From Eledone cirrhosa (taxonomy: Eukaryota): a DNA stretch of 64,000 nt. Under the pieces are notes generated by a model that worked only from the letters and a program-made list of their open reading frames with translations, did no database searches and was not told the DNA's origin. The stretch spans positions 311,054,001 through 311,118,000 of the forward strand of contig OZ024740.1 in assembly GCA_964016885.1 (NCBI GenBank). The letters are read 5' to 3'. A program made the position numbers and the translations under genes. Below are positions 45,300-56,189 of this stretch, one piece after another. Every line of letters begins with the position of its first letter. The stretch's first letter is position 1.

Positions 45300-45351
<52 letters not shown>

Positions 45352-45758
45352 GTTGTTCTTTGAGTCTCAGTCATTGATGTTATTTAACTGGAAAGTTTGT
45401 TGAAATGAATATCAAGCCACTACCTGCAGCCTCAGATATTCAGGACGTATCGGAGGGTTCTTGCTGTTATTATTATTATTATTAACTGGGTAATTTCTGG
45501 CCTTGTGCCAATAGTAGAAACAATTATTATTATTATTAACGGTGGATTGGCAGTATCGGTAGAGAGTCGGACGCCATGCTTTGAAGCATAAGAGTTACGG
45601 CTCTTTATGATCTGAGCTCAAATCCCGCCGAGGTTAACTTTGCCTTTCATCCTTATGGGGTCGATAAAATAAAGTACAAGTCACGCATTGGGGTCGATTT
45701 AATCGACTTTCCCCTCCCCCCCCCCCCAAATTGCTGGCCTTGTGCCTATATAAGAAAC

Positions 45759-45797
<39 letters not shown>
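45093..45797 (+). mobile_element. Two SINE copies and a fragment, with (ATT)n tails
   Basis: 45093-45350, 45485-45538, 45540-45797. Confidence 0.9.
45355..45468 (-). mobile_element. ~115-bp 3'-terminal copy of the Dong-like RLE element inserted in a SINE (ATT)n tail
   Basis: Nearly identical to 9411-9524 and flanked by ATT repeats on both sides. Confidence 0.9.
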
Positions 45798-45798
<1 letters not shown>

Positions 45799-46008
45799 GA
45801 CGACTTACGTAGTAAATCGTATCATCGTGAGCTCCGCAAAGGTTTCTTATTTCCGTTTGTTAAAAATTGCCATTTATGGAAATTTTATATTGTTAACTGT
45901 ATATAAGCGCACATACATTGTTTTCCGAAAAAGACACCCAAAAAGATTGGGGCCTTGTGCCCAAAATTTAAACTTTTATGATTATCAAAAAATTTCTTTG
46001 AAAAAATC

Positions 46009-48020
46009 ATGGCTAATTCACCTCTGCACCAAGCAGCTGAGAGCCTTCCTCACAAACTAACACCTCATACCGACACCACCATTGTAAATATTACTACGTT
46101 TGCCAACACTAAAAATTTAAGCAGTAGCAATATTTTAAATTTGTCTCAGGCAGACATTCATTTCCCGCCATTACCAATGACTGCAGGTGTTAAAGCCGCC
46201 ACCACCACCACCACCACCGCGACAACCACCACCCCCACCACCACCGCAACAACAGAAACAAAAGAAAAAAATAAATTAATTCGTGATGTTGAAATGAATT
46301 CAACAAAAATGAACTCTCCCACACCGAACACCACTGACGTCACCACCACCACAACTGAAACTAAAATTAATAATAACAAAAATAACGATAACAACAACAG
46401 CAACAATGACATTAAAAAACCACCCTGAGTTTTGCCAGAGTAGCAAAACAGTGCGAAGCATTTCAGGTAACTCAGGAGGAATTAGAAAATGCCAAAAAAA
46501 TGGTAAAGAAAGATGGGTACAGGATCAGCAGCACCCACCCACCTAATAAAATGGAGCATCGGCGCCTATGCACCGTGTCGTATCGAACAATTAATGTAAA
46601 ATCGCGCCGAGTGGAACGGGCATCCGAGTCCCAAATCCAAAAAGCTTTGGGACATGTGTGGGCAGGAAAAACCCACATCAGACGTGGGCAGAAGTATGGT
46701 ACCGTGAACGTGTTCTTTGAAACACCAGAGGAGGCTAGAGAACACTCCATGGCCCCATTAAGAAGTGACGACTTCACACTCGTCCCAAGCTATTGTGGCC
46801 AGAGACTCGTAAAGATCAGGGTGACCCACGTTCCACCGGCCATCGAAATTCCCTGGCTAATAGCTGCCGTCCTCGCCGGCATCGAAGCCAACACCAAGAT
46901 AATAGCAATAGCGAAAGAAAAGCAGAACTGGTCCGGATCTGGGATGGAATTCCTGATGCAAGCGGACCAAAAAAGCATTGAGGAGATCCCAGAGGTAATA
47001 GACCTCACTGACGGCAGCCACCTCACCGTAATTGTCGAGGGCAGAAGGCCTAGGTGTGTCGTTTGTGGTGAAGGAACCCACCTAAGGGCTTTCTGCCCTC
47101 AGGCTAAAAGGTTGAGGCCACCTCTCCTACCCACCCCAGTGACTCAACCATCAACACCACCAGCAGCAGAGATGGCAGCAACAACTGTAGCAGAAACAAC
47201 AGAAGCAACTATAACAGCAACAGCCCCAGCAACAGTAGCAAAACACGACCACGCTTCAGAACTAGCACCAGCGCCAACACCATCCACCACGCAACAACCA
47301 AAACTAACGCCAGTGGAGGATTTTCCACTCCCTGGCCTATCACAACTGGAGACAGATTGTGACGACGAGGGGTGGGAAACGGTATCAGAAAAAAAGAAAA
47401 AAAGAAACCAAAAAAGAAAAATTTCTCTTCCTTCCCCCTCCAAAAACAAAATACAGAGGGAAACAAATAAACTATCAAACAAAAAAATTAGGACAGACAT
47501 GCCACCATTCACACCAGCATCACCAACCCCATCACCCAAAACACCAACACCATCACCATCATTAACCCCAACACCACCATCACCTACACAACAAAAGTCA
47601 CCAAAATGCGAAACAGAAACAAACCCACAACAAACGCAAACAAAACAACCAAAACGATACATACTACACAGCATTAAATTTGAACAACAACCAGTAATGC
47701 ACTGGGTATTTGCTGGCCTTGTGCCTAAAGTAGAAACAATTAAATTTGAACAACAACCAATTATTACACTACATCCAACACAACACCAGCATCACAGAAA
47801 AAGACTACACAACAACCCAAAAATTCACACCACCTCCACACATACAAATCACTCGCATCACACAGAAAACGTACATGACACTAAAACAAAAATTCCCCAA
47901 AGACATCGGAGACTTCCGACAAGCACTCTCCAAGAGGATTTATAAGGACATCCTTCCTGAGGAGGCCACAAGCAGTGAAAAGGGTGGAGAAACCGTCCTT
48001 CCTCTACGAGAAGTAAGGTA
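46009..48020 (+). CDS. LINE ORF1 (gag-like nucleic-acid-binding protein), broken by frameshifts
   Basis: Main piece 46500-47945 has the zinc knuckle CVVCGEGTHLRAFC, the motif GWETVSEKKKKR and T/P-rich low-complexity tracts. Confidence 0.75.
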
Positions 48021-48055
48021 AGTGTTCTTTCCCATCTTTTCCACTCCATTTCAAC

Positions 48056-50790
48056 ATGACCTCACTCAGAATAGGCAGCATAAATGCGCGTGGCTTGGGG
48101 TCGTCATGGAAGCAGGGCCACCTGCTCAACGACCTCAAGTCACTAAACATAGATGTAGTGGCCATCAGCGAGACCAGAATCTCCGAAGCACGGGCCTTCG
48201 CACCGATCTTCGGCGGCTACGATGTGCACGCATCTCACAGCCGTCCGGGATCGGGGTGTGGAGTTGCTGTGCTTTTTCGGAGAGGTTTGGATCTTGCCAT
48301 ACGGGCCATCTTCCTGGACCCAGAAGGTATGTTGGTGGTGCTGGACGTGACCAGCGGAGACGGGCAAGCTTTCAGGTTAGTGGCCGTCTATGCCCCGACA
48401 GGAGCAGGGCGGCCTGATTTCTTCCGGCGTCTGGAGACCTTTCTTGGAACGTCCGCTCTTTAGTGTTAGTGGGCGACTGGAACGGGAACTTACATGCACG
48501 CTGGGACTGTGTGGGATTAGTGGATAGGGGAGGAGGGTGCAAGAGTCTCACCAACCTGCTCAGGCGTTTTGAACTGTCTGACAGGTACCGATTGGATTTC
48601 CCGAATGTGCCAATGTGGACTTGGACAAATCGTATGGGGTCATCCAGATCATATCTAGATAGAGTATTTTATAGGAAAATAGATAGGTCTAGCATAGGCT
48701 GTCCACAATTCAAGATAGTCAGCTACACGGACCACAAATTCGTGATCTGTGTGCTTGACTTAGATAGGCTTCATAGACGAGGACCCGGCTACTGGAAGCT
48801 AAACGCGTCCTTACCAGCGCGCAAGGCCTACAGAGACCGGATTAGCGAACTAGTTAAGCGGGCGTTGACGGGGGCTATCGTCAACAACAAGTGGTGATTT
48901 GCTCTGAAAAGAGCGATTAGAATAGAATCCATTAGGTTTAGTAAGGCTTTAGCAATGGAGAAAAATAGAGCAGAGGGAGAACTAGTTAGAAAATTAGACG
49001 AGGCGCTTAGCAAAGGCATCGGGACCGACGTGCTTGCGGCGAAATTGGTCCTTGACCAATTCTTCAATGCAAAGCACGAAGGCTGCGTTGTCAGAGCTAG
49101 GGTGCGTGCTCTCAGACACGAGGGGACGAAAGCCGTTCAATGGGCCCGAGTGGCGGAGGCGCGTCGCGGCAACAAAGCCACGATCCGGTCTTTGGTGGAC
49201 CACGACTTCAGAGGCTGGATCGCTGCCATGCACAGCGACATCTGCTCTGTGGTGAGAGTGAACGGTCACCTTTCGGAACCGTTCAACATCATGCGCTCGG
49301 TCCGCCAAGGATGTCCCCTCTCGTCCCTCTTGTACGTATTCACTCTCGAGCCATTACTGCACAAACTGGAGACGTTGAGGGGCGTCCCGCGCGAACTAGG
49401 ATGCGGAAGATCCGTGTCGGCATATGCGGACGATGTCACCGTAGTGGTGTCGAACGCCAAACACATCGAGGCGATCGGCACTACACTAAGAGAATACGAA
49501 GCGGTGACAGGAGCAATGATCAACCAGGAAAATTCAGTGGGCCTGCAGCTCGGCACCTGGAGAGGCAGGTCCATGCCGTCCAACAGCGTCGTCGGTCGCT
49601 GGACGGACGGACCGGTTAAATTGCTAGGGGTTTGGTTCGGTCCGTACCTCCAGACGGAGAAAAACTGCGACGAGGTGACGAGCAGGGTGGTTTCTCTCAC
49701 CCAGAAATGGGCCGTGAGGAAGCTATCCCTGAAAGGTCGAGCGGAGGTGGCTAACGCGTACATCGTGTCTGTCATCTACTACCGCCTGACCGTCGTACCT
49801 TGTCCTAAGCCCCGCCTGATTGCGCTGGAGCGTTTGCTCTTTCGCTTTTTGTAGAAGGGACGCGCTCCGATGGTCAGGCGGTCCATCTGCTGTCAACACC
49901 CGCTACGTGGAGGGCTGGGCATGCCGTGGCTGATGATGCGCAGACACGCGCTCGGGCTACGACATCTCCACCTCTTCCTCGACGGTGATCAGGTGTGGTC
50001 GCCGTTTGCTAGACGCGTCTTTCCCCAGCTCGTCTCCTTGACGGAGCTGCAGTCCTGGGTCAAGCAAAGACCGAGAGGGATCGCTTGGAGACTGGAATGT
50101 CTTCAGGCGCTCACAGCCCTCGACCAATCGAGCAATGTGATCGGTGGAAACTCCACCTTGGCGTTCTATAGGGGATTTGTGGAGGGGAAGAGCGACGACG
50201 TACTTGGAGAAACTCTAGGCGTCGACGAAAATCAACTAGCCAATCTCTTCGGAAGGACTTTCGGGCCGGGGCCTTTGGACAACTTCCAGAAATCCCTGGC
50301 CTGGCAGTGCTACCGAGGAGCTTTGCCAGTTCGGGATAAACTCTACCGGCATGGAGGTGCCGTCAGCCGGGCATGTCCGAGATGCACGCAGGGCGACGAA
50401 ACCGTCCTGCACGCACTCGTCCAGTGTCCGAGTATAGCTGACTTGTGGGTTTATGTCGAACACCTGCTGTCACGTGTAGGACGGATCCAGCTATCAGTTG
50501 AGTCCATCGTGAGGATTGCCCCGCCCTCTTCCTTTAGCCGGGAAGGGCAGGCAGTTTTTATCTGTCTGGTGGCCATGGCGAAAGAGATAGTATGGTGGAC
50601 ACGTTTGAAAGGGCTGAAGACGAGCACTTACCTCTTCAGTGATGCCCTGATTAAATTTTTCAAATTTCATTTGAAAAGGAAAATCAGAGTAGAGAGGGAA
50701 GTGCTCACTTCCCAGCATTTTGTTGAAAGATGGGTGAGAGAAGCAAGTATGGCCCGAGTGAATGGGCCTACTCTGAGTATGTGTCTGTAA
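48056..50790 (+). pseudogene. LINE ORF2: APE endonuclease, RT with an internal deletion, C-terminal zinc finger
   Basis: IGSINARGL, ISET, VYAP, GDWN, SYLDRV, TDHK, GYWKLN, VRQGCPLS, AYADDV, KLLGV, GGLG, CPRC-x7-H-x4-C; frameshift near 48460, stops at 48895 and 49852, N-terminal RT motifs missing near 49203. Confidence 0.9.
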
Positions 50791-51034
50791 ATTAAAGGTG
50801 GAAAACTGGGGGAGAGCACTTGACCTGGTGGTCAGGGTCACTGTGGTCTTTTACTGGGCTTTCTCCACAAATGTCCCTCGGAAGTCTCCCCTCTATTGGG
50901 GAATTTTTCATTGTTATTTTTATTACATCCTCTGTTTTTTTTACACGCAGAAATGCCCATTTGTACCGTACTGTATTGTCATGTACTGTCCTTAATGTCT
51001 ACTTTATGTAAACCCTTGTGGTTAATAAAGAAAA

Positions 51035-51120
<86 letters not shown>

Positions 51121-51122
<2 letters not shown>

Positions 51123-51233
51123 TGCCTTTCATCCTTACGGGGTAAAGCACCGGTAATGCACTGGGGTCGATTTAATTGACTTTCCCCTCCCCAACATTGC
51201 TGGCCTTGTGCCAAAATAGAAACAATTATTATT
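51121..51233 (+). mobile_element. SINE 3' fragment
   Basis: Central domain and 3' end of the dominant family. Confidence 0.8.
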
Positions 51234-52089
51234 TATGTAACAGAACAACATTTGTATAAGTCATGCGTTAAAACTAAATAAATATGTTTACCTATTTCCA
51301 ATTTTTATTTTACAGTAGGCAATTTCCTTGGAAATCTGAAATTATATAAAGACAGCTAGGCTGCGTAGGTGATGAAAGATAATTTGTTTCTCTAGAGTCT
51401 CTTGTTATCTGTCCTCGCCTAGTATTCTTTGATAATATTGTAAGAAAGCTCTTTCATCTGTATGTAGTCCATTGGCGGTAGGAAATCTTGAAAGCTCTAT
51501 CATATCTAACAACACTATCGATGAAAAGATTTGTGTGGTTGACGTAGGTGAAAGTATTGATATTTTTCATCTACTGTATTAAGGAAACACACACCATCTT
51601 TGAAAAGCATAATGTAAAGGCAGCCGTTTGGATGCGATGGAAATATAATCGTTTTCTGGGAAAAGGAACAAAGAAACAGGCTTGTAGTGAGTAGATTGAC
51701 CCTTCATTATTAACTGTTAGTTGAAGCATTGTTTGGCTCTCCTAGATTAGGAGTGGAGATTATCCGGACTTTCCAATACGTGTAATGCAAAAGTATGATT
51801 CCTGAAAATTGATATTTAGAAGTAATACCTGAGTAGTTAAAGTATTTGCAATGATGTTGCGCAAAATTCCCTGGGTGTTACACACAATGAAGATGATAAA
51901 CAAGTGGATACATTGAATGCGTTCATTTGAAATGATATATGATAGCAGAATTAGATAAGCTAAGCTAAGAATTAGATAAGCAGTAGTGAAAGAAGAGGGA
52001 GGTTACAGAAAATTTCTGTGTATATGAATTTGTGCGATTGGTAGACTGTGGAAGTGTCATTTCGCTCCAAAGAGAGGTTGCTCGAACAT

Positions 52090-52430
52090 AGTCATGTCAA
52101 CACTAAGGCGTTGCACGACATTGGTGGTGTATTCGTTCACCGGTTCTACCCAACCTTTCAGATATGACTTCTTAGAGCATTTCAGCGCGAGACTGATCGC
52201 GCCCCTTATAACCACGTCCTACGTTCTGCCCACCTGGAAGTCCGGCCCAAATCAAACCATAAGCTTGCTAGCGTGTTTTTCAGCCCAGCAACCCATGTTT
52301 CTGACCAGCATGGATTTAGCTATCCAGGGGCCGGAATGCCAGCGCATTGACTTATTTTGTTTAATGTGTACTCCTACTTCACACAGGACCACCCCAGCAT
52401 AGTGTTAACCATATCGACGCCTGCAGTGAT
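52090..52430 (-). pseudogene. Old Tx1/L1-type RT remnant
   Basis: Minus strand GGTTTGATTTGGGCCGGACTTCCAG resembles GTTTGGTTCGGTCCGTACCTCCAG at ~49630. Confidence 0.5.
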
Positions 52431-53238
52431 GACACCATGATTAATCGCTACTCGCTTGCTATAAAATATATAACCTAACAACAATTAAATGCCAACAAAT
52501 TATACCGAAAATAAATGACGAAAAGATTGAATGAAAACTGTGTAAGTAATACACTGGTTTAGTATTGAATTTATTGATTTTTTTTTATTTCAGATAATTA
52601 ATGTATTACAAGCGTTCGCACCTGAGGGCTTTCGGGTATTATGTGTAAACAAACTAACGAAATACTAGACCGATTCAGACTTCATGTAAACAAAGTAACA
52701 AAGCATCAGACCGATCACTCTTAATCTAGGAACTAGTGTAGTAACAATAATACCGCCAGGTATTTGACTTCGTTCATCAGCCAGTCCTTTTTTTTCTTTT
52801 TCTTTCTATACTTTTTCTTATATACTTTTTTCTCTCTTTACTTTTTCTTTCTCCTATTATTTTTGTATTTTGTGAAAGATATTTCCTTCCCTAACATGTC
52901 ATTGTATATAACGTATCTATTTTAAAATAAAATGCAATCTATAACTATTTTGGCATATCCTTCTGATATGACATACTTATGTGTGCATGTTTATATATGT
53001 GTGTGTATACACGTGAGAGTGTGTAGAAAAAGGGAGAAACAAAGACGTCAATGTTATGTTTGGGGTGTGCTTGTGTCAAATCGGAAGCATTCATGTCGCT
53101 TTTTAAAACTTCCCATCAAAAAGACATGTCAATATAGTCAAGGAAATGCACTTTTTTATATCAGAAGCTTTCTATTAAAAAAGCACACACATAAATATGT
53201 CCTGTTTCTGGTCAGTCAAAACGTGTTTATGCGCATGA

Positions 53239-53278
<40 letters not shown>

Positions 53279-53302
53279 GTAATCTGAGTTTTTCGAATAT
53301 TA

Positions 53303-53494
53303 ATAATTGTTTCTACGTTTGGCACAAGGCCAGCAATTACCCAGTGCATTACTGGTACTTTATTTTATCGACCCCGTAAGGATGAAAGGCAAAGTTAACC
53401 TCGGCGGGATTTGAACTCAGAATGGCAAGGGCCGTAACTCTATAGGTCAAAGCATGGCGTCCGACCCTCTACCGATACTGCCAATCCACCGCCC
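53303..53494 (-). mobile_element. SINE copy adjoining the family C element
   Basis: Full head and 3' end; preceded by 30 bp of family C sequence at 53276-53307. Confidence 0.85.
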
Positions 53495-53495
53495 T

Positions 53496-54022
53496 CAGTC
53501 AGATCTGTCAGATCTGCATATTAGCAGATCCACTGATCAGCCAGATTTGCATATCAGCAGACTGGCCAGTCAGTTTTCCTGTATACGAGCAATAAATGGC
53601 CGGCTTTGCCACATTCAAATAAAAAAAGAAATTTTTGAATACAATAAATGTAATCTGAGTTTTTAATAATAACATTCGATTCGTTTGCAATTATGCAAAC
53701 ACGCCTCATTCAATCAGCCAGTCTGCTGATATGCAAATCTGGCTGATCAGTCACTGTATATTTTAGAAAATAGCATATATGTTCACAGTCGGCAAGTGAA
53801 CAGTGAGCTGTACTGATGAAGGGTGATACCCAGAAACATTAGTGTCTGCAGTTCTGTTTACATGCCAACACAAGAGCAAGAATGAAGGGCTCATTCTACT
53901 GACATGGCTATAAAAATGAGGCGTGTTTGCATAATCGCAAACGAATCGAATGTTATTATTAATATTCGAAAAACTCAAATTACATTTATTGTATTCAACC
54001 ATGTAGAACGAAAATTTTCTTT
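53496..54022 (+). mobile_element. Second family C pLTR-like (retrozyme-like) element, an inverted segment followed by a forward segment
   Basis: 53496-53710 is the reverse complement of ~16460-16680; 53711-54022 matches 16615-16965 and 16430-16565. Confidence 0.8.
53796..53861 (+). ncRNA. Intact type I hammerhead ribozyme, family C
   Basis: Stem I GAGCTGTA/TGCAGTTC extended by GTGAACA/TGTTTAC, core CTGATGA (53813-53819), stem II GGGT/ACCC, GAA, stem III ACA/TGT, GUC at 53844-53846. Confidence 0.9.
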
Positions 54023-54028
54023 ATATAT

Positions 54029-54114
<86 letters not shown>

Positions 54115-54494
54115 GTGGTTTTGGGTATCGGATTAAATGGCTCGATTTCTGATCCCGTAATGAGCTGGTTCAAACTCCGCCTTCTTTCAGTTGTTGCAAC
54201 GGGCAGAGAGTATCAGAAATGGAAAGACCAACGGAGACATTGTTTCTATGATTCTATATCTGATGATCAACACCTTTTCTTATATGTGTGTGTGTGTGTG
54301 TGTGTGTGATAAACTGTACTAGAGTCAGTTTTCCTTGTAGAGTTATATATATATATATATATATAAATATATGCAAAAGTTCTATTTAAATTGTTGGGAT
54401 ACAACAAGCAATATTTTTATAATTGATATAAAGCACTCGACAAATATTTGGAGTAGATATTAATAAATGGAAACTATATTTATAAAACCATATT

Positions 54495-54559
54495 TATTTC
54501 ATTATATATATTTCAAGGATACCAAGTTAAATTATGGTATGCCTTCATCAGACAAAATA
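54495..54559 (-). ncRNA. Hammerhead ribozyme, family F, left arm
   Basis: Mirror image of 54714-54778. Confidence 0.85.
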
Positions 54560-54713
54560 CAATATATAACAGTTTTATAAATAGACATTGACGTACCCTT
54601 TTAAAAAGTGACCGTTGCTTTTGGAGGCCATCACTATCCTGATGGCCTCCAAAAGCAACGGTCACTTTTTAAAAGGGTACGTCAATGTCTATTTATAAAA
54701 CTGTTATATATTG

Positions 54714-54778
54714 TATTTTGTCTGATGAAGGCATACCATAATTTAACTTGGTATCCTTGAAATATATATAATGAAATA
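54714..54778 (+). ncRNA. Hammerhead ribozyme, family F, right arm
   Basis: TATTTTGT CTGATGA AGGc ATACCA-taatttaact-TGGTAT CCTT GAA ATA-ta-TAT A ATGAAATA. Confidence 0.85.
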
Positions 54779-54829
54779 AATATGGTTTTATAAATATAGT
54801 TTCCATTTATTAATATCGTATATATATAT

Positions 54830-55090
54830 TTCAGGACTCTGCGCCCACGACTCTCTCAGATATAAGTGGTTGGAGGAGAAGAAGAAGAAGAAGAAGAAGA
54901 AGAAGAAGAAGAAGAAGAAGAAGAAGAAGAAGAAGAAGAAGAAGAAGAAGAAGAAGAAGAAGAAGAAGAAGAAGAAGAAGAAGAAGAAGAAGAAGAAGAA
55001 GAAGAAGAAGAAGAAGAAGAAGAAGAAGAAGAAGAAGAAGAAGAAGAAGAAGAAGAAGAAGAAGAAGAAGAAGAAGAAGAAGAAGAAGAA
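54830..55090 (+). mobile_element. Extremely 5'-truncated RTE 3' end with ~70 GAA repeats
   Basis: GACTCTGCGCCCACGAC...AGATATAAGTGG matches 22963-22997. Confidence 0.75.
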
Positions 55091-55648
55091 TTTAATGAAA
55101 AGTAAATTGTAATTAATAACAGTAAGAGCTTTTTTCTCAACTAAATTAAAACACCTATCAAGGGGTGACTATAAAATTTAATGCAGAAAAAAACTAGTAC
55201 GAAAACTTGAAAATACCAATAGGAATGAAAAGCCAATATATAAAATAGTAGCTGCAAGTGCAGATGATGGTGGTGAAGCTAAATATATTGTTGATTAAAT
55301 CAAAATTATAAAAGAAATAGCAGTGAAGGAAGTTGATGAACATTCTTAGGACACAGAATCTGTCAAATATCGATTAATGGATCAAAATGTCAACAGAAGT
55401 TTTCTCTTTCACCGCGATTGCGATAATCGAATTACTTCTTATCGCAAAATGTATGCAGAAAAGAATAATACTGAAATAGGCTTTTCAGGCTGACAGTAAT
55501 TAGAAATTGTTATTATTATTATTTTCTCATTGACTAAGATTATTTATAATTATTGGTATTGGTTATTAAATTTATTTAACTCTGTTTTAATATACGGGGG
55601 AATAATTAATCGGGTTGTATATGTATGTATGTATGTATGTATGTATGA

Positions 55649-55716
<68 letters not shown>

Positions 55717-55936
55717 CGTTTCTGAATTTGTTTAGCAAGATTCTTTATCTGAAATCGTGTGTTGAAACCGATATTGTTATACTTTGGGAGGGTCATGTTG
55801 CCAATAAGAAACACACGCACCAGTTGCTTTCACTTCAATTTATTATATATTTATAAATTTATAAATTTACAAATTTACAAACCTATACATTTCTGGTTGG
55901 TTGGTTGGTTCCACAACCAGATAGTTGTTTATATAT

Positions 55937-55981
55937 AGTCATAGTCCTTTCGTCACACACTCTGTGACCTCTTCAGTGACT
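55937..55981 (-). ncRNA. Hammerhead ribozyme, family B, in the Penelope pLTR
   Basis: Minus strand reads AGTCA CTGAAGA G GTCACA-gagtg-TGTGAC GAA AG-ga-CT A TGACT. Confidence 0.8.
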
Positions 55982-56189
55982 GGGGATTCCTTTCTTCGTT
56001 TCTGTGCCTTTCCTTTCTTCTATCCTACGCCATTTTGTTTCTGTGTGTGTGTTGTGTGCTCAGTTTGCGCATGCGCCACATCCGGGTGCCTGTGTGTGTT
56101 TGTGTTCATTTATCTATTTGTTTATTTATTTATTTATTTATTGTTGGTTGGTTGTTTGTTCTATGTGTGTGTGTGTTTTCATTTTGTCC

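Larger units (their letters stand above)
45799..51035 (+). mobile_element. Near full-length Tx1/L1-clade LINE, inactivated, flanked by (ATT)n
   Basis: 5' UTR, ORF1 with CCHC, ORF2 APE-RT-zinc finger, 3' UTR ending AATAAAGAAAAC then (ATT)n at 51036-51121. Confidence 0.9.
54456..54817. repeat. Perfect palindrome, 178-bp arms, loop CTATCC
   Basis: 54456-54633 is the reverse complement of 54640-54817; I found no mismatch by eye. Confidence 0.95.
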
